Source: an uncultured Actinomycetota bacterium (GTDB lineage: Bacteria > Actinomycetota > Actinomycetes > JAFAQI01). Taken from it: a DNA stretch of 64,000 bases. Made by a program: the position numbers and the translations under genes. The stretch lies in contig CAVYQE010000002.1 in assembly GCA_963770565.1 (NCBI GenBank), forward strand, positions 672,001 through 736,000, written 5' to 3'. Of this stretch, positions 58,902 through 64,000 are shown in pieces. Under the pieces are notes generated by a model, which worked only from the letters and a program-made list of their open reading frames with translations, did no database searches and was not told the origin of the DNA. The first letter of the stretch is position 1, and each line of letters starts with the position of its first letter.

Positions 58902-58920
58902 CGACCGGCGACGAGTCGGC

Positions 58921-59433
58921 CTAGCGCCCCGAGATCCGGGCCAGGAAGGTGATCGAGCCGAGGATCTTGCCCGCGGCGTCGCGGATCGAAGCCGACGATG
59001 AATCGAGCGTCACGATCGCGCCGTCCGCGTGCCGCACCCGCATGAGGCTCCGTGCCAACCCGGGTGAGTTGAGGACGACCAGCGGCGTGATCCGGGAGGC
59101 GTACTCAGGGTGCGCCGTACCGGTCTCGAGGTCGACCAGGTTGACGACATCGAGGATGCTCCGGCCGATCACGGTCTCGTCGCCGCAACCCAGCAGCTCG
59201 ACGCCGGCGACCGACACACTGATCACGGCGCCATTCGCGTCAAGGGCGAAGCAGGCGTCGTGTGCCGCAGCGACCGCGGCGCTCCATCGGCTCAGCGACG
59301 TCGAGTTGTTCGCGCGCTCGGTCGCCGGCGGCTGGGCCGATTCGACATCGGGCATCGTGAGCACGGCGGGCTGCTCCGCGGGAGCGGTCGTCGCCGGCTC
59401 GAGGTGCTCGAGCCGCAGGATCAAGCTGGGCAA
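58921..59433 (-). CDS. Stand-alone PAS-domain protein
   Basis: ALDANGAVISVS..ELLG...IGR; IRDAAGKILG. Confidence 0.7.
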   Translation of the reverse strand: MPSLILRLEHLEPATTAPAEQPAVLTMPDVESAQPPATERANNSTSLSRWSAAVAAAHDACFALDANGAVISVSVAGVELLGCGDETVIGRSILDVVNLVDLETGTAHPEYASRITPLVVLNSPGLARSLMRVRHADGAIVTLDSSSASIRDAAGKILGSITFLARISGR

Positions 59434-59569
59434 TGCCGATGTCCCCCGCTCGTGACGTCGTGGTGGGTTTCACGACGACTGACTGCGTGGTCAGTTCTCG
59501 ACCTCAGTATGAATGGGTTTTGGTGACCCGGTTACGCCGGTTGGTGCAACCGGAACTACCGCATAAGGG

Positions 59570-60469
59570 TCAGTCACCACGCCCGGTCATGGAGAATCGC
59601 AGCTTTGCCATCATATTCTCCGCACCGGGCTCGATCCCCGACTCGTCGAACAACCGTTGCGCCGCCTCGACGAACTGGCCGGGATCCCAGCGCTGACCGC
59701 CGTTCTGGATGACCGCCACCGAGGTGTGCGGGCGATAGATCTCGACCGAGTCCCCCTGCACGCCGAACACCTTGCCGGAGATGTGCGCGGACGCATCGCT
59801 GCACAGATAGGTGACAAACGGAGCGACGTTGTCCGGGTGCCAGAAGTCGAAGTCGGCGTCGTCGCGCTGAATCTCGCCGTACGCGCCTTCGGTCATCCGG
59901 GTGCGCGCGGCCGGCGCAATCGCGTTGCAGGTCACGTTGTGGCGCTTCATCTCCTGGGCCACGATCGTCGAGAAGGCCGCGATCCCGGCCTTGGCCGCCC
60001 CGTAGTTCGTCTGCCCGAAGTTGCCCAGCAACCCGGAGGTCGACGCCGTGCAGACCACGTGTCCCGGCCGGGCCTCGGTCTTCCAGTAGTCGCACGCCGC
60101 GTGGGTCAACCCGTAATGTCCGCGCAGATGCACCTTGATGACGGCGTCCCACTCCTCGGGCGTCATCTTCACCAAGGTCCGGTCGCGCAGGATGCCGGCG
60201 TTGTTGACCACCGCATCGAGGTGGCCGAACTCATCGATCGCCTGCTGCACAAGGCCACTGGCGACCTCGATCTCGCTGCAGTCACCGAGTCCGACGACCG
60301 CCGAGCCACCGGCCGCCCGGATCTCCGCGACCACGTCGGCGGCGGCCGCCTCGTCGACCTCGCCGACCACCACGGCCGCGCCCTGCCGAGCGAGCTCGAT
60401 CGCCTCGCCCCGGCCGATCCCGCGGCCGGCGCCCGTGACGATCGCCACCTTGTCCTGCATCAACGTCAT
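59570..60469 (-). CDS. SDR family oxidoreductase
   Basis: TGAGRGIG, NNAGILRD, NYGAAK. Confidence 0.92.
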   Translation of the reverse strand: MTLMQDKVAIVTGAGRGIGRGEAIELARQGAAVVVGEVDEAAAADVVAEIRAAGGSAVVGLGDCSEIEVASGLVQQAIDEFGHLDAVVNNAGILRDRTLVKMTPEEWDAVIKVHLRGHYGLTHAACDYWKTEARPGHVVCTASTSGLLGNFGQTNYGAAKAGIAAFSTIVAQEMKRHNVTCNAIAPAARTRMTEGAYGEIQRDDADFDFWHPDNVAPFVTYLCSDASAHISGKVFGVQGDSVEIYRPHTSVAVIQNGGQRWDPGQFVEAAQRLFDESGIEPGAENMMAKLRFSMTGRGD

Positions 60470-60534
60470 GGGCAGACATTCAACCGGATCGACCGAGCGG
60501 GCCCGTGGCCGCACCACAGGACCACGAGAACGGC

Positions 60535-60699
60535 CTAGTGTCCCGTCTTCGAAGTCCCTTGCCACGATGCGGCGTCCAGGTGTGCGCTCGCAAGGCGGAG
60601 GAGGAGTGCAATGGCAGCGTCATTGCCGACGACGACAACGCAGCGAGCGTGCATCTGGGCGCCGCAGGAGGCAAAAGGACTTCGGAGACGGGGCACTAG
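60535..60699. mobile_element. 165-bp CTAG-flanked MITE-like hairpin
   Basis: CTAGTGTCCCGTCTTCGAAGTCC...GGACTTCGGAGACGGGGCACTAG (21/23) plus internal IR. Confidence 0.75.
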
Positions 60700-60708
60700 G
60701 CTGCCGAC

Positions 60709-61914
60709 GTGGCCGAGCCCAACCCGTCGTACGGCGCGAACAGCGAAGTCGGCCGGTTGCGAACCGTCATGCTGCACCGTCCGGGGCCAGAGCTCGCCCG
60801 CCTGACGCCGCGGAACTCGGCCGATCTGCTCTTCGACGGAATCCCGTGGGTGGGGCGGGCGCAGCAAGAGCACGACGAGTTCGCGGGTGCGCTCCGCGAG
60901 CACGGCGTCGAAGTCCTGATCCTCCGCGACCTGTTGATCGAGGCCCTGAAGGTCGACGCCGCGCGCGAGACGCTGATCGCGCACACCTTGGCCGACCAGC
61001 GACTCGGCGACGACCTGCGGCGGATCATCGCCGACCGGCTGGCCGGATCGAGCCCGACCGAGCTTGCCGACGTCTCGATGGCCGGCCTGACCAAGGACGA
61101 GCTCCGGGCCGACTCGGGCATCGTCAGCCGCTTGATGGATCCGCACGACTTCGTGCTTCCACCGCTGCCGAACCTGCTCTTCACCCGCGACTCATCGGTC
61201 TGGCTCGGCGGCGAGGTCGCGGTGACCAGCCCGAGCATGCCGGCCCGGCGGCGTGAGACCTGGCTGACCGATGCGATCTACCGGCACCACCCGCGGTTCG
61301 CCGGAGTGCCGCTGCTCTACACCCATCACGACGAATGGCTCGAGGGCGGCGACGTCCTGCTGCTTGCCCCGGGCGTCATCGCGATCGGCGTCGGGCAGCG
61401 CACCAGGGCAGCCGGCGCCGAAACACTGGCCAACCGCGCCTTCGCCCGGGGCTTCGCGCACACGGTCCTCGTCGTAGCGATTGCCCAAGAGCGCGCCACC
61501 ATGCACCTCGACACGATCGTGACCATGGTCGATCTCGACGCGGTCGTGATGTATCCGGCGGTCGCCGACTCGCTGACCGCGCTCGTGCTCACCAAGCAGG
61601 ACGACGGCCCACCGCTCGTCAGCGAGCCGCGACCCTTCCTGCGCGCGGCCGCTGACGCGATGAAGATCGACGTCCTGCGGGTGATCGACACCGGCCTCGA
61701 CCCGGTCACCGCCGAACGCGAGCAATGGGACGACGGCAACAACACGCTCGCGATCGGACCGCGGGTGGCGGTCGCCTACGAGCGCAATGTCGAGACCAAC
61801 GCCCGGCTCGAAGCCGCCGGCATCGAAGTCGTTGCCATCGCCGGCAGCGAGCTCGGGAGCGGCCGCGGCGGGCCGCGCTGCATGTCCTGCCCGGTCCGGC
61901 GGGACTCGGTCTAG
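60709..61914 (+). CDS. arcA: Arginine deiminase
   Basis: SEVGRLR..LHRPG, LLFD, PLPNLLFTRD, LEGGD, MHLDT, GRGGPRCMSCP. Confidence 0.95.
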   Translation: MAEPNPSYGANSEVGRLRTVMLHRPGPELARLTPRNSADLLFDGIPWVGRAQQEHDEFAGALREHGVEVLILRDLLIEALKVDAARETLIAHTLADQRLGDDLRRIIADRLAGSSPTELADVSMAGLTKDELRADSGIVSRLMDPHDFVLPPLPNLLFTRDSSVWLGGEVAVTSPSMPARRRETWLTDAIYRHHPRFAGVPLLYTHHDEWLEGGDVLLLAPGVIAIGVGQRTRAAGAETLANRAFARGFAHTVLVVAIAQERATMHLDTIVTMVDLDAVVMYPAVADSLTALVLTKQDDGPPLVSEPRPFLRAAADAMKIDVLRVIDTGLDPVTAEREQWDDGNNTLAIGPRVAVAYERNVETNARLEAAGIEVVAIAGSELGSGRGGPRCMSCPVRRDSV

Positions 61915-61916
61915 GT

Positions 61917-62756
61917 CTAGGTCGCGGTGCGGGCTTGCGGAGACTCGGCGAGGTGCGCAAGGACGGCGGCCGGCTGGTTCGTGATGAGGACGTCGACTCC
62001 CAGGCGGACCATCGCGTCGACGTCGTCCGGCTCGTCGACGGTCCACACGTGCACCTGGTGACCGCGCGCGTGCGCGCGCTCGACGTACGACGGGAAGGCC
62101 TTCACGCCTTCCAATGACGGCCCGGCGATCGTCGCGCTCGCCGAGATCGCGCCCTCGCGCAAACGCAGCGGGATCCGCTTCATCAGATGGACGGTGGGCA
62201 GGTCCGGGGCGAGCGCCTTGATCCGACGTAGCCCGGTCGGCGCGAAGCTCATCACCTGCACGCGCACCGAGGCATTGTCGGAACCGCCCGCGAGGCCGAA
62301 CCGTTGCAGCGTCTCGACCAGGGTCAGCTCGACCAACCCGGCGTACCGGGTCGGGTGCTTGGTTTCGATCGCCAGCCGGAGCGGACGGTCGACCGCAGTG
62401 ACGACCTCGAGCAGTCGCTCCAGGGTGAGGACGCTGGTGCGGTCGAGGTCGGGGGCCTCCCAGCTCGCGGTCAGAAGCGGGTCGGGCGCGTCTTCACTTG
62501 ACCCGTTGCGCCACGAGCCGAAGTCCAGCTCGCTGAGGTCGGCCAGCTCCAGGGTGGACACCACGCCGCGGCCGCTCGAGGTGCGGTCAACCCGGCGATC
62601 GTGCACGCAAACCAGGACGCCGTCCCGCGTCAGCCGGACATCGCACTCCACCCCGTCGGCGCCGTCGTCGAGTGCGCGCCGGTAGGCAGCGAGAGTGTGT
62701 TCGGCTTCGACCGCCGACGCCCCGCGATGAGCGACCACTTCGGGGCGCATTCGCAC
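61917..62756 (-). CDS. Glycerophosphodiester phosphodiesterase
   Basis: AHRG, EHT, ECDV..T.DG..VCVHD, IETK, WTVD. Confidence 0.92.
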   Translation of the reverse strand: MRMRPEVVAHRGASAVEAEHTLAAYRRALDDGADGVECDVRLTRDGVLVCVHDRRVDRTSSGRGVVSTLELADLSELDFGSWRNGSSEDAPDPLLTASWEAPDLDRTSVLTLERLLEVVTAVDRPLRLAIETKHPTRYAGLVELTLVETLQRFGLAGGSDNASVRVQVMSFAPTGLRRIKALAPDLPTVHLMKRIPLRLREGAISASATIAGPSLEGVKAFPSYVERAHARGHQVHVWTVDEPDDVDAMVRLGVDVLITNQPAAVLAHLAESPQARTAT

Positions 62757-62860
62757 AGCTCACTGTGACACGGGCGCTGCGCCACAACCTGGCAAAGAGG
62801 TGAACCTAGAGTGAAGGTGTCGCCGCGCCGTGCGGGCGTGCCGACCCGGAAAGGGCGACG

Positions 62861-63406
62861 ATGACGACCCGCGACGAGACGCTCGCGCCGGCTGACCGCC
62901 GCTTGTTCTGGCGGTGGGTGGTCGACATCGCCCGGCCCTACCTCGGCTGGGCGCTGCTGGTGCTGGGCGCGATCGCCATCTTCCTCGGTTGGTACGGCGT
63001 CTCCGGCCAGGCGCTGACCGCGAAGCAGCTGCCCTATCTCATTTCGGGCGGGGTCAGCGGGATCGCGCTCGTCCTGGTCGGCGCCGTCGTCCTGGCCACC
63101 GGCACGCTTCGGCGCGAAATGAGCCGGCTCGACGGGGTCGAACGCAAGGTCGATGACCTCTACGCGCTGCTCGTCGCCGAGCCCGTGGCGCCTGATGCGG
63201 CGGAAGACGCGGAGGCAGCCCAGCCGGCTGACTCCGCGCCGGAGTCATTGGTGGCGTTGCCGGACGGGAGGACGTACCACCGGTCGAGTTGCGCCCTCGT
63301 CGCGGGCAAGTCCGACCAGGTGGTCGTCGACCAAAGCGAGATAGCCGCTCGCTCCCTGCGCCCCTGCCCCGTCTGCGATCCGGGTCCGTCCACCGCGAAG
63401 GACTGA
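62861..63406 (+). CDS. Membrane protein with C-terminal HxxxC...CxxC motif
   Basis: Two TM, QLPYLISGG, YHRSSC...PCPVCDP. Confidence 0.7.
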   Translation: MTTRDETLAPADRRLFWRWVVDIARPYLGWALLVLGAIAIFLGWYGVSGQALTAKQLPYLISGGVSGIALVLVGAVVLATGTLRREMSRLDGVERKVDDLYALLVAEPVAPDAAEDAEAAQPADSAPESLVALPDGRTYHRSSCALVAGKSDQVVVDQSEIAARSLRPCPVCDPGPSTAKD

Positions 63407-63407
63407 C

Positions 63408-64000
63408 GTGCTCGCCCTCAACTACGCGTTCGCGGGGCTGGCGCTCGGGGCGATCGCCTCGCTCTCGGGCGTCGGCCTGATCATCACCTACCGCGCGACC
63501 GGGGTGTTCAACATCGCCCAGGGCGCGATCGCGATGATCGCGGCGTACCTGTTCTGGGAGGCGGTTGACGACTGGCACGTGCCGGTGGTCGTCGCGGCGA
63601 TCCTGGTGTTGCTGGTGTTCGCGCCCGCGCTCGGCGTACTGGTGGAGCGGATCGTGTTCCGGCCGCTGCAGCGACGTGACGCATCGCCGGCCGAGTCGCT
63701 GGTCGCCACGATCGGCCTGACCGTGCTGCTGATCGGGATCGCGTACAAGGTGTGGGGGCCGCAGGCGCAGTCCGCACCATCCCTGCTGCCGCAGCGGGTC
63801 TGGCAGATCGGCTCGATCACGATCCACGCCGACGCGATGAGCGACCTGGCGATCGTCGTCCTCGGCACCGTCGTGCTCGGGGTGATCACCCGGCGCACGC
63901 TGCTCGGCACCTCGATCCGGGCCGTCGTGGACCGGCGCGACCTGGCTCAGCTGGCCGGCATCGATGCCGACCGGGTCGCTGCGATCGGCTGGGCTACCGG
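63408..64000 (+). CDS. Branched-chain amino acid type ABC permease (partial)
   Basis: GLALGAIASLSGVGLIITYRATGVFNIAQG...LGTSIRAV; runs off window. Confidence 0.85.
   Translation, partial: MLALNYAFAGLALGAIASLSGVGLIITYRATGVFNIAQGAIAMIAAYLFWEAVDDWHVPVVVAAILVLLVFAPALGVLVERIVFRPLQRRDASPAESLVATIGLTVLLIGIAYKVWGPQAQSAPSLLPQRVWQIGSITIHADAMSDLAIVVLGTVVLGVITRRTLLGTSIRAVVDRRDLAQLAGIDADRVAAIGWAT

Overview
High-GC actinobacterial chromosome segment (Actinomycetia, soil Frankiales/Acidothermales-like by gene order; inferred). The right half is core backbone: acyl-CoA dehydrogenase, bpa, HAD hydrolase, serS, pheA, larB-larC-GDT1, PAS protein, SDR, arcA, GDPD and a BCAA-type ABC permease. Two tRNA-Ser genes (GCT at 11.3 kb, TGA at 30.4 kb) each have accessory DNA on their 3' side. 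The most notable part is a roughly 10 kb sulfide/persulfide island next to tRNA-Ser(GCT). It holds SQR, a small partner ORF, GntR-rhodanese-TauE, a DUF2892 protein, two SAM methyltransferases (one MddH/METTL7-like), thioredoxin coupled to a PIG-L deacetylase, and a peroxiredoxin. Four copies of an ATACCC-N4-GGGTAT CsoR/CstR-type operator tie these genes together, although no CsoR or persulfide dioxygenase is present; IS21-like and DsrE2-like scars suggest erosion. Other features: a degenerate sigma-region-2/anti-sigma-like fusion, a candidate RAP-stop arrest leader, a yybP-ykoY riboswitch before a TerC-PGPGW fusion, secreted proteins sharing a basic C-terminal Ig-like domain, three paired REP-like palindrome families and two CTAG-flanked MITEs. 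All calls are by-eye motif recognition; no database searches were run.
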